A stretch of 64,000 nucleotides of DNA from Fimbriosthenelais zetlandica (Eukaryota). The translations under genes and the position numbers were made by a program. The notes below the pieces were generated by a model. The model ran no database searches and was not told where the DNA came from. It worked only from the letters and a program-made list of their open reading frames with translations. This document shows positions 51,587 to 63,822 of this stretch, piece after piece. The stretch's first letter is position 1. Each line of letters opens with the position of its first letter. The stretch spans positions 19,034,001 to 19,098,000 of the forward strand of contig OZ365114.1 in the NCBI GenBank assembly GCA_977030845.1, written 5' to 3'.

Positions 51587-53699
51587 TATTAATGGATTTG
51601 TGACGGGGGGTTAAAATTAGTGCATTGATCCCAGTCTGAATCTAGCATTGTCATTAGCAGTTATAAAATATGTCACATCTTGGTCTAATCATAGATTGAA
51701 TGTACAGGTACTACATTTTAATATTCCCCTTGAGCATTTAGTTCGTAAGAACATATCAGATCATGTATAACCATCACATGTAGCCCCATGTTAAAAAGAT
51801 TTTACAAGATTGTCATTGAGTCATTGTCACAATCCACCAGAAAAAAATACTAGATTGGAATAACATGAGTAACATGTAGGCCTACAAGTCAGTTAGTGAG
51901 TGTTAAGTTAAAATGATTCATTGCAAGGAATTTGTTTTGAAGAGACATGTAAATTTTAACCCTCGTCACTCCATGTTAAGAAACTCAAATCTGGTGCTCT
52001 TAGGTTAGATTTGGCATGATCTAAATATGTAGTCACAGAAGTACAGAGTTCCTCATAAATTGGCAACGGTGCGCACAAAATTAAATAGCAGAATAATAAT
52101 TCATTGACGAATATGCATATCACAAGGACTTTAGTTAGGAAGGAGAACGGTTATAAAATTATGGTGCTATGAAACAGATTAATTGGGATTGAAAATTTCT
52201 TAATTTATATCCTGTTCAAATAAGATTTTAAACTTTCTTCGCACATAAAAACCACCTGTCAACTAATTCCTCATCATTTATACCTGGTCTTCTACGTCTG
52301 ATATTATTAGAATGGCTCAAGTAGTGACTATTTTAATCTACTAACTGATTCCAAGTTTTAACAGACTTTCTCTCTCTCGTCATTCTTCTTGGTCGGATAT
52401 CGAATGTAACAAAAAAGAAATGGGTTAGGATCTTTCTGTGGGAGAATTCCTTTTCTCAAACGGGTCGTCCTTTGTATTTAAACTTGTGTAAATATTGTAT
52501 ATATAATAATTCACCTTGTATACGGGATGAATGTATGGTTATAGGCTGTGGTCCTTGGCTATGAAAATCACTTGGTATTGTGAGATATATTATGACAAAA
52601 TCATGTCAGATCTAGTGTTTTCGCAATGAAAAAGAAAGTCAGATTGACTTATAGGGTTCAAATTCAGTAATTACGCTCTAAACAATTTTAAATTCAGATC
52701 TAAATGCATTTCTCAGGAGAGATGATATATTAATGCATTCTCATGATGGATTCATGAAACCAACATAAAATACCGTACAGTGTAAATATTGGCAAATTGA
52801 ATTGAAAGCTTGCCAAACATGATTTGTATTTGAAACTAGTCCCCCTCTGGGTAAATTATGTAGTTGATGATATGAGTTATTGTGGTTTGTCTACAGAAAT
52901 ATCTATGTGTTGAGACACAACATTGTTTTTAGATAATTCAAACATAAGTGTTACATATAGACAGAAAATCGAGGAGAGAAGATGAACAAAATGTGATGAA
53001 AATAGATCTATGTATTTATTTTTGTATCGTGATATTGTAGTGGCCTAAGTTAAAGAAAAATGTATATATACTCTGAAATATATGGTCCTTGGTTCTATTC
53101 CCTGGACAATTGTTTGTATCAAAATCTGCTGATATCAGTCTGCTTATAAACAAGTTATTTTCGTGGTAATATTTTTTTGTGGGAACATAAGAGATTGTAT
53201 TTATGTTACTTGGATATTTGGAACGATGCTTTGTGCTGTTTAGAGTTTTGGGTGGAGTATACTGTTAAGTTCAGTCATAGAATTGTATCACATTAGATTA
53301 GTTGATGATTGTAAAGTTGTCTATCAATGAGAAATATATATATGCGATATTAAGATACTCAAAGTTGTTTTCCATATGCTATGAATACAGTTCATGTTGT
53401 GCGTTGGCCAATAAAATGATTACCAAAACTGTACCTTGGAGATTTTATGCTAATTTGATCACAGACGCGATAATCTCATCAGTCGATTTATTTCGGATCT
53501 GAATTTCACGTCATTGCAAAATATGATGACTAAAAGTTATGAAAATAGTACTCCTTTACGAATCGCTTATTTAGTAATAATGGTACATCAAATCTTATGA
53601 ACTAAGTTAGTGGCATGCTATGTAACAACTGGGTACGAGACTCAGTGCTTATCCTATTCCACTTGTATCAGTGGATTATATAATAAATATAACTACCTA

Positions 53700-56600
53700 T
53701 CAGATAACCTGTAATCTAGGGACGGGTTGAGAAGGTGCTGCCATCTGTTTCTCTAATTCAGAGTATTCTTTTATGACTGAATTAAGCGACTCGAGGCTTT
53801 CATCAAACTGACATTTCTCCATGCCATCCACGTGTGTATAATGATGAATATGCGCCTGGAAAAAATGGAGATAGTTGTAGCTTTTAATTGTCAAGGCAAA
53901 TTACTTATCGCTCAAACGACGGTGATCAATTTATTTGTAGGATAAACATTTTTTGAGCAATTTGTTCACAAAGTTCAGGCTGTTTGTGAATAAAGATGGA
54001 ATGGAAATTTTATTTTCTAATCGTCCCTTGGCTCACCTTGCGTTTGAAGAGTTTGTGGAATCTGTCACGAAGCTCGGAGAAGTTATTCTTGACGCACGTG
54101 TTGTTGGCCAAGGACAGTAAGGAGAAGGGATGATTGACGGGAGGTACAGAACACAGACCCGTCTTCCAACCTTCTTGATTCCAACTTATGAAATTTAAAG
54201 ATGGACGGAGTCTGCAAAAAAAAAAGAGGAGCACATAATACGTGATAAGTCTGAACACAAGATGCTGATTAGTCTAATTTAAATATGAACCTTAAAATGT
54301 GTTATAATATTTCCAAAATTAGACTTTCTTCCTGGGTGTAGGGATACATAGGCTATTAGAAAGGGGAAAGACAAGGACTACCTGCTTCGTGTAGAGGGGT
54401 AAGATAATACCTACCTGTCTATATTTCTGCGTATATCTGAAGCCTCAATGTCTCCTCGCACCATGAGGGCGCAAGATAAGTAAAGACTGTGTTTTGGATC
54501 GGCCTTGATCATTTGATGGTCCCTAGAAAATGCATCTGTGAACATTTGGTCCAGCCTGAAAAAAAGTTCATGAATGTGTAATACATGTGTCTAAATGTTA
54601 ATTCTTCTTGGATTAATCTATACCATTAAAGACAAATTTTCGATCCATTCCACTTGAAGAAAGAGCAGTCGGGAGCAGTTCAGATCTAGTGATGAAATAT
54701 AGCAAACGGACCTGTTTCTTGGATTTTTTATATCTTTCAACGCGTAAAGAGGAGTTTGACTAGAGACGAGGTAGTGGAGACGGGGGAAGGGTACCAGGTT
54801 CATGGTAATCTCATTCAAGTCAACATTCAGATAGCCATCAAACCGAGCAGAGCTGAAAGACAGGGACGAAAACAAATTAAAACATAATATTTTATATCTA
54901 AAGTTGACTACATTATACTGTGTGAAATACATTTGAATTGTATAATTATAAATGCCGGTTCTTCTTGTTAGAATATTAAAAATTGCATTTTCGTAGAAAA
55001 GACAATAAGATGTTAAGAGGAAAAGTTATGGCTAACTTGTGATGAATTTCATTAGAATTACATGAGATGTAACCATCTGAACAAGAGAAAAGAACTAATT
55101 ATAGAGAACTACCTTGTCATGTTGAGGAGGAGATTGGCTACAATGTTATTCATGCCATCAAAGGGTTTCTCATCCCTGACCTTGGTGGCGCCACCCTCGC
55201 TGGATGTGATGGCGCTCTCTGTTTTCACCCTCACAGCTCCGGTAGAGGTGTACGTCCTCTTACCCGTCTTACTGGATGGGACCGCATCGTTTATCTTATT
55301 GACCAACTCCACCAGAGCCTGAAAAATAAACCATGGAAAACAATGCATCATTTATATTATATTTGTCTTATTGATTTTCTCAAACTTACCCGATATATCA
55401 TCTGAATATTTTATCAGGTCTGTGTTAAAATATAACACTAAATAGGCTCTAAGATTTTTAATGAGATAATGTATGGAAATCTTTTCCTTGGAGAAATTAT
55501 TGCACTAGATGTTAAGAAAAATCTATTAATGTAAAAATGATTAATGACCTGGTTTTCTACAGGCAGCACACAGTCGGCATGATTGGTCAGTTCATTCATG
55601 GCCAGAACGCTGTTATAGGGGGAAGTTATGACGTCATCATCACAGGACGGATATACCGCTGTAACGAATCTGAAATTACATCATTTTGTTATTAATTGTT
55701 AACTCAACTACGAGTGGAATTAAGACATGGATTGGTGATCATAGAAGCCTTTAGACGGCCTAAAATGTATGCAATAAGATCTACAATTTATGTAATAAGA
55801 TCTGTAGATGCTATATTTAGTATCGAAAGGCAATTAATTTAGCTAAATTACATAATATAAATGACTGGGTATGCACCTGTAAACGTCTGGAAATTCGTCC
55901 TCAAGAATATTAAGTACTGCAGTGCCCAAACCTGAACCCGTACCTGATGAAAGAAGGAACACATTCATGAACTTTACTAAAAGTTATTAAAGCAAGATTA
56001 TAAATTGAGATTTACGGTAATTTGTGGGGATTTTTATTCAGTATGCCCAGGTTTATTCCCAGAACTGACTGTGAAATTTTCTCAGGTAGTCTGACCCTTT
56101 GGTTGTGTGTTGGGATGGGGAGAAGCCTTCCCATGACAACTTGAAGTAAACATTTAAAGCTACCAATCAATACGGATCTCACTGCGGTAGTCATGGCAAC
56201 TTAAGTCAACATCAGGAAGCGTGGAGAATCCACTATACTCATATCCCATACTCACACCCAGTGAAATGTCTATAGCACCTCAAATATTCTTCAAAATCAC
56301 AACAAATTTTTAAAGAAATAAAAGCTTTAACACATTGCGTTTACTCCACAAAATTTCTTAGGCTTCCAATTGATTTGGTCATTGTGGGAGTGGTAGTGGT
56401 ACCATTATGAATTCAACAATGGGAATATTTGTTTGGCACCATGGTAATGAATAGTCCTACATTGAGTCACAACCTCGAGAGTATGTAGACAATGATCTCA
56501 ATATACCATGAGCTAGAGCAGCCATGAGGTTAACATGATTAAACGGGGAATTAAACTACAAGTGAAACTGTTCAACTTTGATCCCAACAAAATCTACTTT

Positions 56601-59600
56601 TGTGATTTTTAATATGGAAGTCCCCACTGCTCACATACATGATCAATAGCCAAACAATACTGGTCCACTGTTACATGACCTGTAAAAGCTTACTGGGGGG
56701 ATTAGGAAGTGGGAGGGAGGAGGGGTAGAGGCATACAACGGTGAAATCTATCTGGTCACTTTGGTGCAAATATGAATATAAATTATGGTGCAAATATGAA
56801 TATAAATGATAGTACAATATCTAATTAACTGCCTTGTAATTTGACCTGTGAAGTGTCCAAATATTTTTGTAATTTGTCACAATCGAGAACGAAGGGATAA
56901 CAGGACTATCCTTTTAAAATTCTCAAACGAGCGGAAAGGTACCACCCGTAGAGAGCCCCATGAGTACCTTGAGCCCAGCCAGGTGTGACGGGAGTGGAGG
57001 AGGGAATAGTAGCATGTAGGATTGACGGGACTGGACTAGCCCGGGCCAGGTAACTGACAAGGTAACTCTATATCTGGTAAACCTACCTCAAATCTAAGAC
57101 CAACTCTCTCCTCCAGGACCCACAATTTGAGCTCAGGCATACCTATCACTACACTAAATTGCAGGTAAGTTATCGTATATAAAATGACATATGTCAGACG
57201 TTTTGATCATGGTTTCCATGTTCATATATGTCTAACTTTCCATACATATACATACATGTATTGATCAATTTATGGTCACAGCGTTTAGTCATAGTGAAGC
57301 AGACTTGTGAGGCAGTGGCTTGTTTACATACATGATCTGACAGAGGCATGAATGTAATACATTCCAAGTTACATTCTACCCATATGTCACTTTTAAATTT
57401 TACTTAAGTTAGCCATCATATGTTAGGAGTATAACGGCAACTACATTTTCATTCAATACTCCCGTTACAAAATGAGGATAGGCCTTATATTAGGCCGATA
57501 ATTTAATATTGAATTATAAGAAACAAATCAATATTCAGTGACACTAGTACAAATGTCAATAAATACACTTATTGTTACATCTATGTAATGTAGTTAATCA
57601 ATTTTTAGTCAATAGCTACATTATACTGGCCATTATTTATTTTAGCAACATGTTGTTGCACATAATGATGTAGCTTACACTTGGCCTAACATATGTATCA
57701 GATTCCAAAGGACTTTGTCTGTCCCTTTGTTTGGATTTAATCAAATTGATATTCCATTTATGTTATAATCTATACACATGCGCGAGATCAGGCACATGCA
57801 TGTAACATTATATTTATAATGTATTGAATATATTTTCAGACTGATGTGAAGCAAGGAGCAAAGGACAACCATCTGTATGGATACAAACAAGTAGTAGTCA
57901 GTTTTCAACAGAGCACAAACATGGAAGCTATGGGTTCAGAACTGATCAGATTTCGTGGTCCAGACTCTGACGAATACACGATCACAAGAAGGATCGAGAC
58001 AATCGTAAGCTGTGCCCTGTGTCGATTACCTTACAAAGAACCCAAGACTTTACCATGTGCCCACACCTTCTGTAAGAGATGTCTGGGGGACTATGTCCTA
58101 CAGCAGAGAATGCAGGACTCTAACAGGTGTCCTGCATACTTCCCCTGTCCTACATGTGAGAGGACCTGTCCTGTCCCTGCCAGGTGGGCCAACCTCCCCA
58201 GTCAAGAGATTCTGAAGACATTGGCTGAAACCGTCAATTCCTCAACCTCCACTCAGGAATGCACTATATGTGGCAGCCAAGGCAAGCGTTTGGCTTCCTC
58301 ATATTATTGTGTTAAATGTGAGGATTTTCTCTGTGAGGAATGCTCCAAGAGCCACAAGAAAACCAGGATGACCTGGGATCATTTACTGGTCAGGATGACT
58401 TCCATGCAATACGCTCAGCAAACCCAGACCAGTGCCACTAAGATGTTCGCCAAATTTGGTCGTCACGGCGAGGACCTCAACTTCCCTCACAGTATTTGCA
58501 CCAACAAGGCTGATGATGTCATTGTTTCAAATGATAATAATGAAATAACAGTGTTTACTGCAGGTGGGTCTTGCAAGAAACACTTGAACCAGCAACCCTT
58601 TTTTGGGGACACCACCCTATATCCCCATAACCCAAATCGTGGCATTGCCTTCACTCAGGAAGGGTACGTAGCTGTGGCCATTAGGAAGAAAGTGACCAGT
58701 GATTCCATGACATGTGTGGCAGTGATTGAATCACTAGCCAGTCGGGAGATAGGGAACTGTCAGACTAAAATCAGTGACTACGGCTCCTGTCAACCGTCAG
58801 GAATTGCCATCATGGTTAACAACTGTATAGCGATTTCCGATGCTGGACTTCACTGTGTTTATATCTTTGATGAAAAGTACAAATTTGTTAAAAAGTTTGG
58901 CAAGAAAGGGAGTGGGGACAATAAGTTTTTATCACCATATTATGTTGCAGTTAATAGACGCAATGAGATTCTAGTCTCTGACCATGGTAACCATTGGATT
59001 AAAGTGTTCGATTCCAAGGGCAAATTCAGAAGAAAGATAGGTGGTATGGGACTAAACAATGGCCACTTCCTGCATCCAATGGGCCTCTGTGTTGACCCAG
59101 ATGGTAATATCTTGGTAGCTGATAGGGATAATCATCGCATCCAAGTTTTCGATATTGCGGGCAAATATATCTGCACCATAGTCAGGGAAACCTTTGAGAA
59201 AGGCAAGGACATAAGGCCCATTGATTTAGCCTTTAATAACAGTGGCCAACTCATAGTCCTACTCAAAGGTATAGAAGGTGAGGACTTTGCTGAAATCAGA
59301 GCTTATGACTATGACCTTGACGGGACAAAGAGGAGAAAGAAGAAACAGGCTTCTATAAGGAGTGGGAGATATGGAAGCGCTCCAGCCAGTGGTCACAGAT
59401 CCAGACCAGATGAATACACCGAGGAGGAGGAATTCCAGAACTTTGAAGGGCACGCATCACCATCTCAGAGGTCAGGAAAGGGGAGATTATCGAGGCCTGC
59501 CCTTCCTCCCATTGGAGGGTCTACACATAAAATGTACGAGCGACCACTTCATTTTGTGGCTAATAATGGAGAGCATTCCCGGGCACCCAGTGCTCCTGGC

Positions 59601-62600
59601 CACCGTATTCGACATGACACGGACAACGACGAGTATGAAGAGATCGGCAGGACACCTCCCAGCAGGAGGCGGCGGAGGAGGAGGAGTGCTAAAACCAGAA
59701 CAGTACAACCCCCAGCCTCGAAAATATGTAGCGTAATGTGATGAGAAACTGCATAAATATTTAATTTTTAGTCTGAAGTGAATATCTTTAGTCATAGTCA
59801 TGTACATGTATCTTACAATTATCCTGATGTATATCGAATATCAGAATGCAAGACTTAATAAATTTCACTCTTAACTGTGCAATGTTTTCTTGGCAATCAT
59901 ATACTATTCAATATGTAGATATGGCCAACTCAATAGCTATGTTTTACGGTGAGAGATTTCAAAAGAAAGCTTTAGTGAAAGCTATTTTCTTTTATCTTTA
60001 GATCAAGGTTGTCTCCAATGTTCCCCAATTCTTCCACACGTTTATTCTCTAGTTGTTCAACGTGGTGTAGACCACTAAGCCTGGCAGGCCATCAAAGGTA
60101 TTATAATCATAGAAATGTCAGAGGATTCTATATATATGGTGGACCAGCTCACCTGTATTGGATGCTCTGACATTCACTCAAATGAATTCTACCTGTTTCC
60201 TAGACATAATTGGGCTGTCATATCGGCAAAAATTGTGAAATTTAAACGGACAGAGAATTAAAATAGAATATAATTTCCTTCAGACCGCCATTTCATAAAA
60301 TCATATAGGTAAACCAGAAAGACATACTAACTGATAACCATGCAGAAATAAATCCCAGTCAAATATAGAATTAGGGTACTTTTAGCAAGAACTTTTTCCT
60401 AGCCATAATTTCATAGACAGATCTGGGTAACCACAAGAGACTGACCGATTAAAACGGGCATTTAAAACAGAGGTTAAATATACAGATGGGCAGATACTCA
60501 AATAATAGAGGGATTAGGGTCTGGTAGTGAGAAATCTCAGACGTTATGGCCTCCACATCATTGATCCCCCAGGCCAACACTCCATGCAGGTTGATTTTGG
60601 CCCAGTGATAACAACCACCTTGTCTGTGAAAGGCAGGTAAAAGATAACAGGTACGCTAAGACCCCGCTACCACACTCCCTCAAATGGCACATACAGCTGC
60701 ATATTATAGTTCACCAATAAAGGCAATGATTGAAAACGGAGGTTCTCTTGAAAAGTAATGAAAACAGACGATATGTTGAAGTTTATAAACGTTGGCAATA
60801 AAATAGTGTGTAAGAGACTCAATTTGAGAATGAACGGTTTAGTAGCAAGTATACGGTAGCATTAAAAGTGATGCTCTATGATCAAAATCTGCCTCAGTCC
60901 CGGCTGAGGCACGAGGCGTGACACAAGACAGGGACTGTTTGGGTGGCTAAAAGTAAAAGGATATCACAGTAAACGGACTCGAAATTGCACTAAATTATTA
61001 TACAGACATAAACAAAGGTAGGTTTTGGGGCATGAAAATCTGGATAGAATCTATTGGATTACTTCATCCATATGATATATATTGTGAAGTTTCATGTGCT
61101 CGAGTTGGGGGAGCTGGTATCTTTGAATAATTATATATCATTTTTCTATTTCAGAAACACTGGAGAAATATTAAATAATTATGACCTCATTTACAAAGTG
61201 ATATTAAGTAACACTTGTGAGCCTAAAATCTTCATTATGGAGTCCTCCTTAGCCACTCAGATACAAAACGAGTGTCTGACGTGTGACATCTGCAAATGTT
61301 CTTTTATTAAACCAAAAGCTCTGCCTTGCCTTCACACATTCTGCTGTGAATGTCTAGACCGCTATGTCCATACTAATGTTGCTAGGTACCTCCCGTGCCC
61401 TGTGTGTCGGCGAAGGTTTAAAGTGCCAAGGAAAGGAGTGAGTATCTTCCCAAGTAACCATCTTATTAATGGCATATCTGAACTAATAGACAAACATGTG
61501 GCTCATCACGGCCAGTACAAACAACCAGACGCCTGCGTGCCTTCGGGAGGGATTAAAGGAGCCAATCTTCTATCAGAGCTAGTTGGAAACTTCAACGAGG
61601 ATGGAAATGAATGCCCATTCCTCGGTACCAGCAATAACGAAGCAAGTCAGGACAGACAGGAGTCACTTGCTGAGAATATAACTCAAAATCTAGCAGGGGC
61701 AAGTGTAGAATCCCGCCGGTTGAACCCACAAGATGTGCACGTGTCCAGACCTTCTCTGGCGGCTGTGAGCCGTACTGAGATATTCGTGGATACCAGCGGT
61801 CGTTCACACTCTGAGAGCAGCTCGGAGCTTAACCTCTCTCCTGATTTCATCTGGACACAGAATATGTCTCCACAGAAATGTCCCCATCATGAGGCTTTAG
61901 CCTTCTGGGTGGACACTCATCTGGTGGACCAGGAAGCCCTACATCGCTTTGGTCAGTATGGTGCTAACCTGGCAGACTATACAGCCCCTATGAGTCTAGC
62001 TACAACCAGCACCGGGGAAGTGGTCGTCTCTGATTTAAGAGAGAACCGAGTGATTGTCCATAACAGGGAAGGTGGCCTTTGTGTGAGTTTTCAATGTCAG
62101 GAGGAGATCCGAGGCATTGCTGTCACAAGTGACAAGGTTATAGTAGTTGCGGTGGCTTACTCTGACACAGACGCCATCCACTGCTATAACATGGGTGGAG
62201 AACACATTCACTCGGTAGTCAAAAACTCACCCTATGAGCAACCACATGGCGTGTCAGTGACGCGGAACAATAGAATACTTCTAACTATGGTTGATTCAGG
62301 AGATGTGCATTCAGTGGAAAGTCTGGCCATAGGGGAAGGGGAGCCTGGGGTTCAGCCTAAATTAACTTGTAAAATATTAAACCCAACTGCAATGAAAGTT
62401 ACTCCCTATTACATAGACACTAGCCATAATGGTAACATCATAATAGCAGATGCAGAAAACAAGGTGGTCCGGGTATATGATGAGAAGGGGGAAGCGCTGT
62501 TCACATTTGGAAGCAATGAACTGAAAGCACCTAGAGGAGTATGCACAGACTATAAAGATAACATAGTGGTGGCTGATGCAGAAAGGAGGGCTGTGTTACT

Positions 62601-63822
62601 GTTCGACTGTAAAGGGAAGTACCTTAGAACCATTATGCAGTACTCCATGGACAGAAATAACCGGTTTCTTCTATTTCCTATTGATGTGTCTATTAGAAAT
62701 TTTGAACTCTTTGTTCTGGTTGTAGCACCTTTCTATTGCCAAGTCCGAGTTTATGGTTATAGACCCGTGCCTCTGGCTGGAGAGGCGCAAACTTCCATCT
62801 GTTCAACTATGTGAAATATACTGGTTCAAAAGAAGACGGAAACATGGAATCTGTAGGAATCCTACGTGTTATGATTTTTTTTTCAATTCAACCTAGAAAC
62901 AAAGCCCAAATTAAACCCCAAGTCCTATAGAAGAGGGAATTAAAGGAAAATAAATAATATGTTTTGTTCATTGTTACTTATTTCTACCCCCTTCGTTTAT
63001 CCCTTCCAGTTCCAAATACAATGTACAGAGACTCTGTACTGTACTGTGAACGATGGTTCCACTCTTCTACTTCCAAGAGCAATTCCCTGCCCTGGGAGAC
63101 ATGGACAAAATTGTTTAGTATAATTAAAGATTTGATCATAAATTAGTACATACCTCCACCCATGGAATGAAGGACGAAGAAACACTGTAAACAGTCACAG
63201 AACTCGGCAGATCGTCTAACTATGTCTGAAATATGTTCCCTGTAGCGAGTACCGTAGTCCATGTGTCCAACAGCCCTGAGGATTAAATAAAGTATTTATT
63301 AGTATTTCAGGACTAAAAGAAAAAGGCCGCCTATAATTTTCAAAGCGTGGATACACTGTAATATAAATAAGTAAAAACTGACGAGGAGCAGGAAAGGGAT
63401 TTTATTGAATTATTAAATAGTAGAATTAAATTAAAAGTACTGACCAGTTATTCCCTGAACCAGACACGTCTGTAATGTGCTGTCTGTGATCGAAAACATC
63501 TTTCAGTGGACCTTTCATTATCTCACTGACGACACCTTCCTCCATATCAATAAGAACTGACTGAAAGTAAAGATATAATAATGTGTCAACGATAGTCAGA
63601 AATCCGAATTAAGGAGAACTAATTGAATTTCTTGGCCATAACGAACCTAAACTATCATTTTTAGTATTATTTATCATGGTTCATACAAAAAAATTAGCCT
63701 ACCCGAGCTTTGAGAGAGCGTATTCTGCCAGGGACAGACCCCAGTGGGATTTCAGCAGGGTCGTCATAGCGTGTGTCCACATTTCGGAAGAAACTATTCA
63801 TAGACTCATCGAAGATTCCTTT
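53700..63822 (-). CDS. TUBE1: Epsilon tubulin (5' exons lie beyond the window end)
   Basis: 10 exons: 63703-63822, 63445-63560, 63154-63275, 55877-55943, 55549-55669, 55113-55318, 54712-54852, 54415-54555, 54037-54211, 53700-53855 (455 codons, in frame). Peptides SFFRNVDTR, VLIDMEEGVV, SGSGNNWAVGH, HSMGGGTGSGLG, DVITSPYNS, SWNQEGWKTGLCSVPP. Confidence 0.95.
57921..59741 (+). CDS. RING-B-box-NHL (TRIM-NHL-like) protein 1, 606 aa, intronless CDS, C-terminal CSVM
   Basis: RING CALC...PCAHTFCKRC...CPTC; B-box CTIC...CVKCEDFLCEECSKSH...DH; NHL repeats (FLSPYYVAVN, FLHPMGLCVDPDGNILVADRDNHRIQVFD). The ATG at 57921 lies downstream of a splice acceptor at 57840. Confidence 0.9.
   Translation: MEAMGSELIRFRGPDSDEYTITRRIETIVSCALCRLPYKEPKTLPCAHTFCKRCLGDYVLQQRMQDSNRCPAYFPCPTCERTCPVPARWANLPSQEILKTLAETVNSSTSTQECTICGSQGKRLASSYYCVKCEDFLCEECSKSHKKTRMTWDHLLVRMTSMQYAQQTQTSATKMFAKFGRHGEDLNFPHSICTNKADDVIVSNDNNEITVFTAGGSCKKHLNQQPFFGDTTLYPHNPNRGIAFTQEGYVAVAIRKKVTSDSMTCVAVIESLASREIGNCQTKISDYGSCQPSGIAIMVNNCIAISDAGLHCVYIFDEKYKFVKKFGKKGSGDNKFLSPYYVAVNRRNEILVSDHGNHWIKVFDSKGKFRRKIGGMGLNNGHFLHPMGLCVDPDGNILVADRDNHRIQVFDIAGKYICTIVRETFEKGKDIRPIDLAFNNSGQLIVLLKGIEGEDFAEIRAYDYDLDGTKRRKKKQASIRSGRYGSAPASGHRSRPDEYTEEEEFQNFEGHASPSQRSGKGRLSRPALPPIGGSTHKMYERPLHFVANNGEHSRAPSAPGHRIRHDTDNDEYEEIGRTPPSRRRRRRRSAKTRTVQPPASKICSVM
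61237..62814 (+). CDS. RING-NHL protein 2, 525 aa, intronless CDS, C-terminal CSTM
   Basis: RING CDICKC...PCLHTFCCEC...CPVC; NHL repeats (PRGVCTDYKDNIVVAD, PYYIDTSHNGNIIIAD). 5' UTR intron 61018-61154 (donor AAG|GTAGGT, acceptor TTTCAG). Confidence 0.9.
   Translation: MESSLATQIQNECLTCDICKCSFIKPKALPCLHTFCCECLDRYVHTNVARYLPCPVCRRRFKVPRKGVSIFPSNHLINGISELIDKHVAHHGQYKQPDACVPSGGIKGANLLSELVGNFNEDGNECPFLGTSNNEASQDRQESLAENITQNLAGASVESRRLNPQDVHVSRPSLAAVSRTEIFVDTSGRSHSESSSELNLSPDFIWTQNMSPQKCPHHEALAFWVDTHLVDQEALHRFGQYGANLADYTAPMSLATTSTGEVVVSDLRENRVIVHNREGGLCVSFQCQEEIRGIAVTSDKVIVVAVAYSDTDAIHCYNMGGEHIHSVVKNSPYEQPHGVSVTRNNRILLTMVDSGDVHSVESLAIGEGEPGVQPKLTCKILNPTAMKVTPYYIDTSHNGNIIIADAENKVVRVYDEKGEALFTFGSNELKAPRGVCTDYKDNIVVADAERRAVLLFDCKGKYLRTIMQYSMDRNNRFLLFPIDVSIRNFELFVLVVAPFYCQVRVYGYRPVPLAGEAQTSICSTM

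Noticed and set aside
56762-56809. 24-bp direct duplication (TGGTGCAAATATGAATATAAAT..)
   Set aside because: A simple two-copy slippage event with no further structure.
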